NCBI GenBank assembly: GCA_977020255.1
Contig: CDROCS010001625.1
Location: 744,001 to 808,000, forward strand
Direction: 5' to 3'
Source: Obrimoposthia wandeli
Taxonomy: Eukaryota
Length of the DNA: 64,000 nucleotides
Under the pieces are notes generated by a model that was given only the letters and a program-made list of their open reading frames with translations, ran no database searches and was not told the DNA's origin. A program made the translations under genes and the position numbers. This document shows, in pieces, positions 10,619 to 24,400 of this stretch; position 1 is the first letter of the stretch; each line of letters begins with the position of its first letter.

Positions 10619-12299
10619 GTTATATAATATTATTTTTTAAATTTCTTGATTTTGAATGTTTTATTAAACGGTTATACCAAGATGAAACAATATCGTTTTA
10701 GTCTATTCTATAACACTTCTAGCATTACGATAGTGAAATATTTGAAAACTTTGATTTACTTTATTAATGATATAATTTTATAATGGAAAGTTACTTTTGA
10801 ATAAATATATTCTTAAAGTGAAAAAGCTACAATACTGTTGACAATGAGATATATACAAACTATATTGCATCAAACATTTTTCAAAATTTCCTGTCTATGA
10901 ATGCTGTTGACAGCTCTAGGCTAGACTTACAAGTCATTGTACAATTTCATCTAACAGATTAAAAGTAATTATGAATAAATCAATAAGGAATATTTATAAA
11001 TTATGTAAAAAAGAAAAGGGCTGAAAATCTCTATATTTTTACTACCCAATAATAAATAATATTATAAATTATATTTCTGTTGTTAATTCTAAAGTTAAAT
11101 GAATCGATTAAAAATATTGCATTTCGGATTGATGAAAATTTAACAAGGACAAAGCAAATTAACACTTTAATGAAAATGTTCAACTTTCAACTCAGTAAAA
11201 TCAAAAAAAATCGTCAGTATCTATCTAATATGTTGTGATGGCGAATTCTGTTATCCAATGCTTATAAACCTTCCAAATAAGCTTATACATTGTTTACAAA
11301 TCAATCCAAACAAATTCGTACGATTTTTTCCAGGTTAAATAAAACTGAATCATTCACACAATATTTAAGTTAACTATATTTTTATCTATAATTCATTAAA
11401 AAGTACTTAAGTGATTTGTTATTGATAAAAACTTCTAAAAGGCAAATAAATTTCAAAAGATAGCTTATTAAAAAAAGTATAATTATATAATCAGTATTCA
11501 CTTCGTCTGAGAAATAACAAGAATTACAAAATACATTAGAAAATGTTCCCGTTCAAGAAGTTTTATGTTGAAACATAATTGAAAAAAGTAAAGAGTGTAT
11601 TTTGAAAAGTTGTTAATAGCTGTATCCTTGAGCTATATTACGTAATATATGTCGTTGGTTATATTGCGTAACAGTGTATCTTCATTTTTAAAACAAAGCT
11701 TGCATTTCTCAGATATGTTCGTAGTTGAACTTAAATATTTTAAAGATAAATAAGAATCAATGTTTGTTAAAATTGGTTTTACAGAAGGAAGTAAGGTTGT
11801 ATAAAGAAACATGATCAACGTTGAATTATTGGGAATACATTCGACTTTGATTTATGTAATATGACTGACGATGTTTATAATTAGTTCAATTAGCTTCAAT
11901 TGTTTTATTTACCAAATTCCCATTTTTATTTTTACCTTATTCAGAATGTTTTTAGAAATGAATGAGTAACTTTAAAAAAATCTCAATTTTAATTATTTTA
12001 AAGTTGTCTACAAACGTAACGTTAGGTGTAACAATGTCTTATGTATCTCTATCACTATATATTCCTTAGATATATGTTTATCCATGTTTATTCAGTATTT
12101 TTAGATATTTATTGATGTCAGCAGCTAGCGAACTTACCTAGATGATTTTTCTACTACACAGTTTAATACAATTTACTTAAATATAACTTGAATGGTTCAA
12201 GTCAACGTAGTAATGCGTGTTCAAATTGATAAGTTTTACAATTGATTGAGTTTAGAACTTAATGTTTTGATTAATATCGAAAATGTATAAGACTACTTT

Positions 12300-12621
12300 T
12301 ATGTCTTTGCTATGAAACCGAAATCGTTTATTATTAATGTCGTTGTGATGGTTCTCAAGTGTTGATTTTAAATTCAAGCGCTACATTCGTTCGGTTATAT
12401 AGCTTAAGTGGTTCTTAACTTATACGTTGTAAAAGCTTTAGGAGACATTTTTCAATGCTTGAGCATATTTAAGAGATTGAAGCAAACTTTGAATTGTTTT
12501 ATAAAGTATTCTGCAGTTTATTCAACTTATCTCACACATTAAATGGGTACACTTTGTATGATTCTTCATTGAAGTCACACGAGTTAATGCGCATGCCGAG
12601 TGATCCATTTTAACTAAACAT
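12300..12621 (-). pseudogene. Decayed copy of an unidentified coding sequence (paralog of 18840-19055)
   Basis: MFS*NGSLGMRINSCDFNEESYKVYPFNV*DKLNKL aligns ungapped with MLTKNGTPGIRIKSCNFNEEKYETYPLKFENKLRAL. Confidence 0.6.
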
Positions 12622-13685
12622 TTCCTTAAATAATACTTGATAAATAACTTTCTATTCGGTTGGGATAGTGTAGGAATTCCTGTGGGTTTAACCTATGGGA
12701 TTTGGAGCTATATCCATTATGGTGCGATTGTTTGAAGAATTTTTAAAATATTTTCATAGTAATAATTAATTTTTTAAAATTATATTTTCGTTGGGAAAGT
12801 TTTAGCGGTGCTTACATGTAGCAAGTCACTACCGTTTATATCAATAGTTCGACAAGTTCTTAGGAAATTTCATGAGTTTCTTCATCATCATCATCTTTAT
12901 TGTAGTTAACCAGGAGTTACTTGATTTCAAGTCTACATAATCCATCTTCGTTTCATAGCTGCGAGAATTGATTTTCCCTTAATCTATCTTCTAACTTTCT
13001 TTGGATTCCTTTGATATTTTCTTGCAGTACCTTTGCTTTTATTTGGCTCTTGCGTTTCATTAACAATTGGTGGTTTATCACGTTCACAGTATGATTTTCG
13101 TTGGATTGGAAAATATTAGTAAAAATATAAATATTTAAACAAACGGGGCCCATCTAAGCGAAAAAGATGGTTACTTAAATGAAGTAATGGAACTTATACA
13201 TAAGCAGGGCTTATCTACATGATATTAGGGTTGTGTTAAGTAAGTTACACATTTCATTCATTCATCAATCCATATTTTTATATTAATTAATCATTTTATT
13301 GTCAATTTCCATATCATAAAATTTTACATTAACAGTATCATCTTTAGCGATGCACTCTTGCAAATTTGCCAACTAATAACAAAACCTTAGCTGTTGTAAC
13401 TGATTGTACAACAAATTTGTATTTAGGTTCAGCGTGTTGAAATATTGAATATTATATTGTTCTGACAAAATTAATGACAACTTAAATATAAATATGTTTA
13501 GCGAAATTATTAAATTACCTTTGAAGTTTCCTCGAAAACGTTAAATATGTGTTTAATTCGATATTTATTTTTCAATTCGATAAAACTATATTGTCAATTA
13601 AATTTTTATTAGTGCCAAGACTTTATGGCCGTACTAATATTGTAGAAATTGTGAGTTTTACTTAATCGTGATGCTTCCCATTCAG

Positions 13686-13711
13686 ATATCGGGGGTCAGT
13701 GATAAATCCAG
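13686..13711 (+). CDS. Candidate micro-exon of the host gene
   Basis: TTCAG acceptor, strong CAG/GTAAGT donor; the YRGSVINP frame ends in phase 1, compatible with exon 18445. Confidence 0.4.
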
Positions 13712-13869
13712 GTAAGTAGTTAATAAGGATTCATATTTATTCTATACAGCTAAATATCTTAATACACCAATCCAAAAATGAAGTAAATCGAAATGTAAAT
13801 CACAGATCTGAATGAATTTTACGCGATTCAGTTGAATGATCAATTTAGAATACTCTCACTTTGCGTTAT

Positions 13870-14240
13870 CGTATTTACCCACAGTTAAGACGCACCGAAA
13901 CATCGATTTATCAAATCCAAAATGTGGGGTTCTTAGTATATGCGGGTATTTCATAAATATATTTTAAAACTATTTTGCTGAATACGTAATATGTGAGTGA
14001 AATTGAATAAATCAAATACCTTACCTAAGGGAAGCCATTAGTGTGCAAATATACCTAGGTAAAAATTGTATGGAGCGCAAAAATATCATTCATTACCTGT
14101 TTCTTTGTTATAATTAATGTACAATATATATTAATAACTGTTATCTTACTGTTGTTCATAATGACTTTTATTTTGTTGAAAAACTATCTACACCTAAAGT
14201 AGGGGTGCGTACTATGCGCGGGGCTGATGGTAAATATTTT
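13870..14240. mobile_element. pogo-type terminal remnants
   Basis: TAAGACGCAC, GGGTGCGTACTATGCGCGGG and TATATGCGGG resemble pogo subterminal motifs like those at 20430-20510. Confidence 0.35.
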
Positions 14241-14779
14241 ATATGTCGCGGCATATGAGAATTAATAAGATAACGTTTTGAACTGTTTTTTTTGTGATTT
14301 AAAACACAATTTTGGTTTCTTACTAAACTTGGTTCTGATTGGAATCAATTTCTTGGTGATGTTTACAAATCACAGGCCAGGATTATTTCTTTAATTCTTA
14401 TAATTCGTTGATTATAATGTCAATAGAGAGTAACTGTAATTTAATGTGTCTTTAGGTCGAAACTTTTGTGTTGGTTTTTATTAAAACCTGTCTAAACATC
14501 CTCTTAACTTTGGATAGAAAATTTAGGTTTTCAATAAGGAGCGTTTTATATTGAAAAATAGTGTAAATTGATATTAGTCCCCAAAATCTCAAGTGTCTTT
14601 TTAAATTATATTACAATGATACTTGAGGTTGAAAAAATGTGATTATGTATTCTTCATTAACGAGTAAGAAATAATTCACAAATAACTATTATATTTATTT
14701 AAATATAATGCTCTGATTACATTGAAAATGGTTACATTTTTTGATGCTAAAAATGCGATTTAGATATCGAACCTCAAGC

Positions 14780-15030
14780 TTCCAAAAGGAAGTTATTTAA
14801 TTCAATTTCACCTTTAAAATTCTGCAGAAGTCAAGATTGGAAATAATCCAGGAATCCTTCAGATTAAGGTCACGTGAATATGAGGCCCGACGAACAACAT
14901 TTTGTGACTTCCACTAATCGACTAATCGTTAGAATTACGACTGGGCGTTGCCATGATTCAAGACAGGAATTTTCCAATCAATACTCTTAGAGAAGTGGAC
15001 AAACGTCTGGCGCATCCCATTTCCATTACA
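14780..15030 (-). mobile_element. Tc1/mariner transposase fragment
   Basis: LNHGNAQS...RASYSRDLNLKDSW resembles QHDNAPxH...PxYSPDLNPIExxW. Confidence 0.45.
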
Positions 15031-15459
15031 TTTAATTCTAAATTAAAATGAATGGTTTTATTTAGCTAACTATACGATTTGATTTAGGTTTTCCAATATT
15101 GTCATTTAAAATATTTATTTCGAAAAGAAAGTATAAATTTTTTAAAGAAAAAATAAAGCATACATAAAAACTCTAGGAACTATCCAAGTACAATGCGCTC
15201 ACAAACGTTTGATCATATAGTTATCTTTGTTTTAATCGTCTGTTTTCTAGTATGTTATTGAATATTTTTAGTTTACGGATATTTTATCATTTTCAGTTGC
15301 TTTAGTACGTGATTTTGTGTTACATCAAATTTAGATCAAACACAGATTTCAGTATGACACAATTTAGATTTTTTATTTATTTTGCAAAGGTTTGCACAAG
15401 CCTGATGTTTCTGAACACGATTCGTGAGATTATACTGTGATTTGGTTTAGTTCTAATTG

Positions 15460-15730
15460 ACTGAGGGTGTTTTTATTTATATTAGTTTCTCAAACTGCTC
15501 CAATGGACATTTACCATCAGTGGAATCCGATGGAAAAAGTAAATTTATGTTGCCAAGTTTCCTTCACCATTGTTAGGTAAATTGAATGCCCTGTTGTTGG
15601 AGCATGTGTCAGAGTTGCAGAGATTGAGTGAGTAGATTTATTATGTAGTCGAACGCATCAGAATAAAGCAGTTCCCATAGGGCAAGAGAAAAACTTTCGT
15701 ATTTTACAGGAATGTATTTCAACAATGTAG
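15460..15730 (-). mobile_element. Penelope-like reverse transcriptase fragment
   Basis: CPMG, and GIQFT...DSTDGK across frameshifts, resemble Penelope RT motifs (GxPMG; IQFTxExE...LxFLD). Confidence 0.35.
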
Positions 15731-15989
15731 TGCTGGGTTATTTAAATATATTTTTTTGATTCCCTTTACACTTTTAATAATATGAAAATAAGATTTTAAA
15801 CTAAAATTAATAAACAACAGTCTTCACACGTACAAAATCCCTTCGAGTTTCAAACCGCAGGTCCTCTGCAATGGTTCACAAAGCATAAAAGTCCGGTAAT
15901 GATGCATACTTTTTACCGATCAATTAAAAAAATTACACGCAAGCTATTTAATATTTTGTAAAAATAGTTTTAACTGACTTTGTAAACCT

Positions 15990-16460
15990 AATATTTTCTC
16001 AAATAACTATTCACATACTAAAACCATTAAATTACCTCCTAAAGTTTTAAAATTTCTGATTATAAAAAATAGTTATTTTAAAGTAAAGAGCATGGCCAAA
16101 TTCTTTTAATTTTAGATAATGCTTCAGTTCATCGAGTATGAGTTGAATACAACTTCTGAAATCTAGCCTTTAGATCAAGAGATAATTCAATATTTTTAAC
16201 TGCAGTACGAAAAGATTCTTAATCATAATTAATTTCGTTAATCTGAAGAAAAAATATTCAATATGCAGATTTCATCAAGACGACAAAACTATTACATTCA
16301 GTTCATGTATTATTAAAACATATTGTGTATGGTAACGAATGTAACGGTTAAAAACTGTTTCAAAAGAGCATGTGATCCTTCAGAAGCAAATTTTGACAAT
16401 TTGATCCAAACTATTGAATTATGTGAAGATGCCGAAGAAGAATTCAGATTACTCTGATGT
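15990..16460 (+). mobile_element. Tigger/pogo DDE transposase fragment
   Basis: LDNASVH, TTSEI*PLDQEII, VTNVTVKNCFKRA. Confidence 0.7.
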
Positions 16461-17434
16461 ATAATTTAAAATGTGGAAATGCTTTTTGATAAGTTTCCCA
16501 GAAAATATAAGTTTATTTTATAGCATCAAAGATAAATTGTTATAAAAAGCAATCAATAAATTTAATATGCTAAACTTTGTAAAAATAAATAAAATAAATT
16601 TATAAATTTAAAATACCATTATTATTAGTTTGTGTTCTGTTACTTATATTTTGAGTACGTTTTACTTTTTTCATTATATTTTTATAATAAACATGTTCAA
16701 ATTTCAACAATCCAGTTTTCATTATATACAGTAAATATTTTACAATTTCAATTCACTATCAATTTAACAAAATATTTCACAAAAATAAAATTTATAAATT
16801 AGATTAAATATAAATATATATTAAAATTGCATAGTATCGTAATTATTAAATAAATGTTGATACATATTTCACAAATCCTTTGCAAAAAACGAGAATAGTT
16901 ACAATAATCAACCATTTGTGGAGAAACCCATTAAAACAAGGTCGTTGAATAAATTGTTACATTTTAACCCCTTGTGAACCAATGTTTCTAAAAACCTATA
17001 ACTGGCATTTTTAATGTTCTGATTGTAGAAATATATTATCTAGATTATATGAATTGTTATACAAAATAATTTTTTTATTTTTGCGAGGCATAATCAAAAT
17101 GAAAAAAACAAAAGATTTTCTTGACATTAATTAAATTGATGCTAAATAATTTTTTATTTTGGTGCTGAAATACATCAACATAATCATTTAATTGTATTTA
17201 TGTATATTATTTTTTTTCTTCAAAGAAAACTAATATTTTTTACCTTGTACTTCCCAACGTTCCCATTTTGAGAATAAATAAGATATAGAAATTTTTGACA
17301 AAGTACACAAATAGCGTTAAAATACACATAATATATGTAATTCAGGTTTATACATAAAATATATCTATGTTCGGTCCTTTTTAAAGAAGTAATTATATGG
17401 TTCTTATCAATTTCAAATTATTTTATTTACATTA

Positions 17435-18269
17435 CAGGAATACCCCGCAATAATCGGGAACCATAACATATGGAATATACAGTTTTTGTGACTCGTTTTC
17501 GAAAATAATTTGAATTGAGAAGGAAATAAATTAAAACAAAACATTAATTTGAAATTATTATTTCTTAGAGTCGCCTGTGCTTGAAAGAAGGTTATGTAAT
17601 CTTTATTTTTTTAAAAATTAGCAAACTTGTTTGCTTCGAATTTTTATTCTTATCGTCATTTATTACTTTATAACAGCTAATTGCACGGTCTATTTCACGA
17701 CATGCCTTCATTGCACGATCAACCACCTAGAACTGACAGTAAATGTTTCTTTAGTCTCTTCTGCATTTTGATTTTCCTTTGCATGTTTTTTTTCAGAGTT
17801 TCAAAGAGACTTCAAACTTTAGTTTTTATAGTCGTTTGACTCAAAGAAATTTTCTTTTGATTACAATCTTCAATCCATATGGATAACAAACGTTCCATAT
17901 CAATCATAAGAATGCTCCTGTTTCTTGTCGTTTGGAAACCAGAAGTAGTTGAAGCACTTTGTCCTTGTTCCTTATATTGTTTCGAGTGTTTTATAATATA
18001 TCTATCTTATCTTTCGTTGCACCAGCATCATGTTTATAATTATGATAAATTTTCGTCTAAAGCAATAATCTTCCGTCTTTTTTATTGGCTTCAACAGCAT
18101 CTGGAGCATTTCTCTTAAAAGTCCTTTTCTAAAATGGGATTTCTAGAAATTTAATAAAGTTAAACAAAATATTTTCAAATTTTTAAATATTCAAATGCTT
18201 AAAAAATATTTCTTTTTACTAATTATAAACCGCAATAAATCGAAAAACGCAATAATCGGGGTATTCCTG
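17435..18269 (-). mobile_element. Internally deleted Tigger element with intact TIRs
   Basis: TA|CAGGAATACCCCG ... CGGGGTATTCCTG|TA (13-bp perfect TIR, TA TSD); interior encodes KRRKIIALDE and MERLLSIWIEDCNQKKISLS...IKTK (HTH CENP-B-like). Confidence 0.92.
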
Positions 18270-18444
18270 TACTCTTATTTAAAATTATTTAAAATTATCA
18301 AAAATAAATTAATTTTCATTATATATTAAGTTTAGAAACTTTTCATAAAATTACTTTGACACCTTCTTTAGAATTATTTGGTGAACATCATTGTTATTTT
18401 TGATTTCCATTATTTTTGTTGTATTTCTAATCAATATTTTTCAG

Positions 18445-21400
18445 TTCAAGCAGATCAAAGCAGGTATGATTCACTACGAGGTAAGTTCAGATTCTTGTAT
18501 TATTTGAATTAATGATAACCGATTGCAGAAACTCGTCAGTATATAAACAAAATATGAATTTTAAAATATTTCTTATGAACTACTTCTATTAAATGCCATA
18601 AATTTATGTGTAATTTCTAAATATCTTGCTTAATTACACAATATGTTACACAAAAAAGAGTAAATGAATTATTTTTTTTAAAAGAATGGGAGAAAATGTA
18701 AAATTTTGTAAATCATAAATGGTGTCATTTTCAACTCTGAGTAATGGTGACATAATTTTTTAGATTCAACATAATTTATTTAATTATAATAGAACATGAT
18801 AAATTTACGAATGAGAATATTTTGATTTTATATTGTAAATCAATCGCCAGACATATTAGCTGGCTCCATCCGAAGTTTCCCGCCGGATAGCTGGTATTTG
18901 GGGCGTATTTGTATATAGTAAAGCGAATGATTAGGAGCTCTGGAATGTAACGCCCTCAACTTATTCTCGAACTTTAAAGGGTAAGTTTCGTATTTTTCTT
19001 CGTTGAAGTTGCACGATTTAATACGAATGCCTGGTGTGCCATTTTTGGTAAGCATAACTAATAGTTGATAGTTTCACACCTATAAGTCACTAAATTGACC
19101 AATCATTCATAGTTTGCTATTCGTTTTTCTATTATACTCAACTGGATCGTTCAAAAAATGAGTAAATAATCGTTTTACATCTGTTTGTTTTCTGGGCAAT
19201 AAGCCATCCAGTCTATCCAGCCTCAAAATAAGCCACATATTAATTTTTCATTTTCACTCAAATTTCGTTTATATTTTTTGAATATTCTTAAAGAACATTT
19301 ATATATAAGATATATAATGATAAAGTAATTAAAATGATTTAAAAACAAAATTTGGATAATAGTTAATGACATTATAACACAAAATAAATTGTCTATCAAT
19401 TTCGTCAAATTATTGGTTATAAATCATATACTTATATATAACGTTAGTAAATCCAAAAAAAAATATTTTATTTGAATTGAAATCAATTTCTTAATTGTAT
19501 TATAGGATATTGTCAAATAATAGGGGTCATACTATTGCAATAGTATGGCCTTTAAAAAATATGGTCATACTATTTGGATTGTCATTATTTGAACCTTTCA
19601 AATAATTTTAAAAAAATTATTCACAAAATATTTTATTGCTAAACAATAAATTGAGATTACTGTTAAAATAGTAAAAGTATAAATAAACATTTATTCATCT
19701 TCTATATCAATGACAAATTATAACATGCCTTCTACCTCGAATGTCCACTGTCTGAGTTCTATTATCTTCAAAATATGCTGCCGTTTCTGAAAGCGAGCTT
19801 TGTAAATAACACATATATGAAACTATACGACTAATCAATTCTTCATCAGATAAGGTAGTAAAGTAGTTATTATTAAACGGGATTTTACGCTAAAACATAT
19901 TTTATCTGCTTTTTGCTTTTTTTTTTTACAAAAAATGGCTTACAAAGTTTATTTAAAAATTATTTACGCTATGATATGATTATAGTACATAAATAATATA
20001 TTTTCTAATATATTTCTAAATTTTAATATATACAGAGTTGCAGAGTTTATCTTATCTTAAGGTTGATGTCTCTTGCGGTCGATTTCTTAGTTTCATCCGC
20101 AAAATCAATTTTGTGCAAAGTCACAAATCACCGTGTTTAGTTTGCCACTTCCTCCGGAATCAGTTATAACTCGTTTGGGAACATGGTTAACAGCCATTAA
20201 ATATCACTGGGAACTTATTCGGCGATAGAAAAGTTTGCATGCCATCTCAACATTAATTCTGCTTCTATAAATAAAGCCACGAAAGCTTTTCCAGTGAAAA
20301 TCTACCCATAGAGTTAATTTATATAGATTTTTTTATTATTGTCATACAATGTAACATATCAAAGCCTTAGAAATAGATATGGCACCATTTGTTGATTAAA
20401 TTGACATTGTCAATGTACCTTAAATTTGCATGTATAAGGCGCACCCTTTTACATATTTTTATAAATAAATCAGGGGCTGCGACTTATACACCACTGCGCC
20501 TTATACGTGTATCTATTGTACGTTGAAACATATTTCTAGTCATTTGACCTTGAGAAGGGGGTTATAAATATAATATAATAGTTGACTTCCCTCCTCTGAT
20601 TTTTGCTTCATATGTTTAGTATACTATACTTAACTTATTCAGTTCATTTCTTAGATGTAGAATTTCTATTTTTGATCGTCGGCAAAATTTTATCAAGAAA
20701 ATCATGAAATAATATGGCAATACATGAAATACTTAATAATAGCATGATTTCAATATAGATCAATAAATATCATATCTAATTTTATAAATATAAAAATCTG
20801 TTTTTTGGGCTTCAAATGGTAAATGGAAAAAGACGTTCTTATCAAGCGAGCTTTAAGCTCCAAGTTATTGAATTTTCTAAAATGAATGGCAATACACCTG
20901 CTGCAGCTGAGTATAACATTAATGAATCGATGGTCAGAAAATGGAGGAAGCAGGAGAATGCATTAGCACAAGCCACTAAAACTCGAATGAGCTTCAGAGG
21001 TTCTAATGCGCGCTGGCCTCAGCTTGAAAATGTGGTTGAGCAATGAGTAATATTGCTGAGATGTGCCAGTAGGGGTATTTCCACAGTTGATATTTAATTA
21101 AAGGCACAGTCGGTTGCTGAAGAGATGAATCTTGAAGGGTTTATTGGGGATTCATCTTGGTGCTTTAGATTCATGCAACGAAGAAACTTATCTATTCGTA
21201 GCAGAACAACTACATCCCAACAATTAACTAGATTACATTAAAAAAATTTCGTGCTTTCAAGAATACTGTAATGTTAGAATATTTGAAAAAAGCATATTAC
21301 ACTCGAGGATTACCAACATGGACGAGGTTCCATTAAGCTTTGACATCCCAATGGGGAGAACTGTTGAAAGAACAGGAGCCAATACAGTAGCAATTAAGAC

Positions 21401-24400
21401 CACTGGAAATGAAAAATCTTGCTTTACAGTAGTACTTGCATGTCATGCGAATGGTGACAAACTCCCCACTGGTAATATTCAAACGTAAAACTATGCCCAG
21501 AGAATCATTCCCGACTAGAGTTATTGTTAAAGTTAATTCTAAAGGTTGGATGAATGAGGATATCATGGCTGAGTGGCTAAGTGAAGTATATATTGGAAGG
21601 AATGATGGGTTTTTCCATAGAAATACTTCTTTACTTATTTATGATTCAATGAGAGCACATATTAGTGATATTAATGGATTTGAAGCTGAAAGTGATAAAT
21701 AAATGAATAGTTGAGATTCTTTGGTTGAATTTATTCAAGCACATTTTTAAACAGATAATGCGCCTTATACGCCACTCGCCTTATACGTGTATTTCATATC
21801 GAAAATTCCGATTTTTTCGAGATGCGCCTTATACACTGGTGCCTTGTACATGCGAATTTACGGTAAGTGTGTAAAATTTCTGCTTTCATCAAAACGGATG
21901 AATCAATGAATGAAACATTGAAAAACAATTATTTTTACAAATGAATAAACATTTATGAAAATTTTAGAATTTCTTATTTCAAATGACCACTTGCGAAATA
22001 TTGTTTTTTGGAAAAAATATTTAGTATGTATATCATAAAATTAGGAAAAGCATTAAAATGTACATTCAATATTAAGAGCATATTTTTATGATTTTTTGAG
22101 CATATTAATCTGTTATCTAGTAATTGACAGTATCATCTATTGTCACAGATAAGGAGTTGGCGGTTCTGGATTCAGCTCCAGTTTCCTTCCAAACTGACAA
22201 GCTGGACACATTGGATTTTGAAGATCTTGAGAAGAACCTTATCAAACTGAGGACAGTCTTTAGGTTAGATCCTACCTCCGAGGGTTTTTCAGAAAGTATA
22301 CGGATTTTACTTATGTGATTTTTCTAAAAAACTGATTAAAGTAAAAGTTTGAACACGTGATCATTGATAATTGATTAAAATATTGGCAAAGTTTTAAAGA
22401 GTAGAAAGCCATTAACAGTCATTGCTCAATAGTTTTCTTTCTTCCCAAGAAAGGCCATGCCACCGCTGAACAAACCTTTCGACTTGAAGCTATATTGGGA
22501 GAGTAGTCAATGCAAAGAAACACTGTTAGGATTGGGTGAGTCGACCAACTTTATGATTTGAAACAGATGTAGAGGAAGTCAAGTCTATGCTGGAATATGA
22601 ATGCAGGGTGACAATTCGGGATATACGTTAGGAAATATGCCTTGGTGTTGCAACAGTTCACAAACCTTTGTACGAAGAGCTCGACACGAACAAGTTAATA
22701 GTACACATACACAGTCAAACAGGAACCAAACAGTTTTAGTCTTGAAATTGCTGTTGAACAGGGTAGTGAGAGAAATTGACTTGTTTTGTCGGTGCTTGAT
22801 AACTATGGACGAAATTTGGCTGCCTTATTAGAGTTTTGGGATGCATATGGCATAATTCTCAACGACTATCTCTAAAAGGCACAACAACAAATTCAATCTA
22901 CTACTGTGAGCTTTTAAGACTTGACTTAAGCAGAAGTTTGCCGAACAAGATACGCTGAAAACCTTTCCCCTTCCCAATATTACCGCTTGGCAATGCTACA
23001 CTCACACATGAAAAATGGCCTCCGAACAGTTAGCATATTTGGGTTGGGATATCTAGCCTCATCCAGCTTACTCCTTCGATTAGCACCGTTGAGTTTCACA
23101 TTTCTTTCATTTAAAAAAATCATCAGAGAGAAATACATTTCACCAATCTTGAAACAATGCAACATACAAGGATGGGGAAAATGAGTGATCTGGATAAGAT
23201 TTCATTGAAACATTTACTCTTGTAAATGAGTGATCTGGATAAGATTTCATTGAAACATTTACACTTGTATATATATTGGCTTAAAAGTTCAGTTTATTTA
23301 AATAATTTGTTTTAGAAATTAAGTTTTTATTAAAACTTGGATACCTCCCGAACCACCCCGTGTTAGAATTCCTTCTAAGACAAAAAATAAATTAATGAAA
23401 ATGAAATAATTTTATGTTTATCTTGTCTCTTATATTTACTATGTTTGTATACAGGGATAGACTGAATGGCTATTTTAACCATGTTCGTATCCTGGAAAGT
23501 GAGAACATAAAACTACAAGCGGAAACTGATAAGTAAGTAACCATTTTAGACTAGCTTACATATTAAATTAAATAATTTGTTATCGCACAATTTCAATAGT
23601 TTACATCAGCGGTTTCCAAACATTTTGAAAGGAACCCCAGTAAAAAAATGATAATTTTCGCAACCCTCTTAAAAAAACTAGTAACACAATTATATTTAAT
23701 TATTCAAAAGCTTTTTTGAATTAAAAAAATTTCTAACGTAAAAAAAAGCTTCAAAAAATTATTGAACATTTAGTACCACGGGGAAATTATATAAAAATCT
23801 ACATGTTCTGTTCTTTTTTAAGGCAAACTTTTTAAAAATTTCTAACTTAAAAATAGCTTCGTAAAATTATTGAAGATTACTCTTTCATGGTAATGTTCAA
23901 TAATTTTATTTGAAGTATTGAAATATTATTTTAACGTGACTCTTTGGAAAATCAGTCGCCTCTTTTGGGGTCGCGCCCCACACATTGAAAACCGATGGTT
24001 TACATAAATATTTCTTAATGAGTCCTTTAGCAGATACATAAGTTGGCGTAAATTATATGTGAATTTATTTCTCAAAACTTTCGATAAAATATTCTACAAG
24101 CAATCTTACGTTTTTTGTATGAAAATTTTATTTTTCAACTACAAAATATATTTTGTTTGTAATGAGTATAATCTATATTGGCTTCTATAATAGTCCCCTT
24201 TAAGTTCTCCAACATAGAAATTATTCGTCTATATTGGAAGATTCAAATGATTTTATTCTAAATTTCTCGATTTTAAATAACTGAAATAAAAAAAAACCAT
24301 TTAGTTTGTTTAGAATTTTGAAAAATATTTTATCAGCAATTCAATTATCTTATCAGTGTTTCTCTTTCAAAAGAACATAGATATTGTTGACTATTCTAAA

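Noticed and set aside
11633-11818. KCKLCFKNEDTL as a LINE C-terminal zinc knuckle
   Set aside because: The His and Cys needed to complete the motif are missing and no RT was found nearby.
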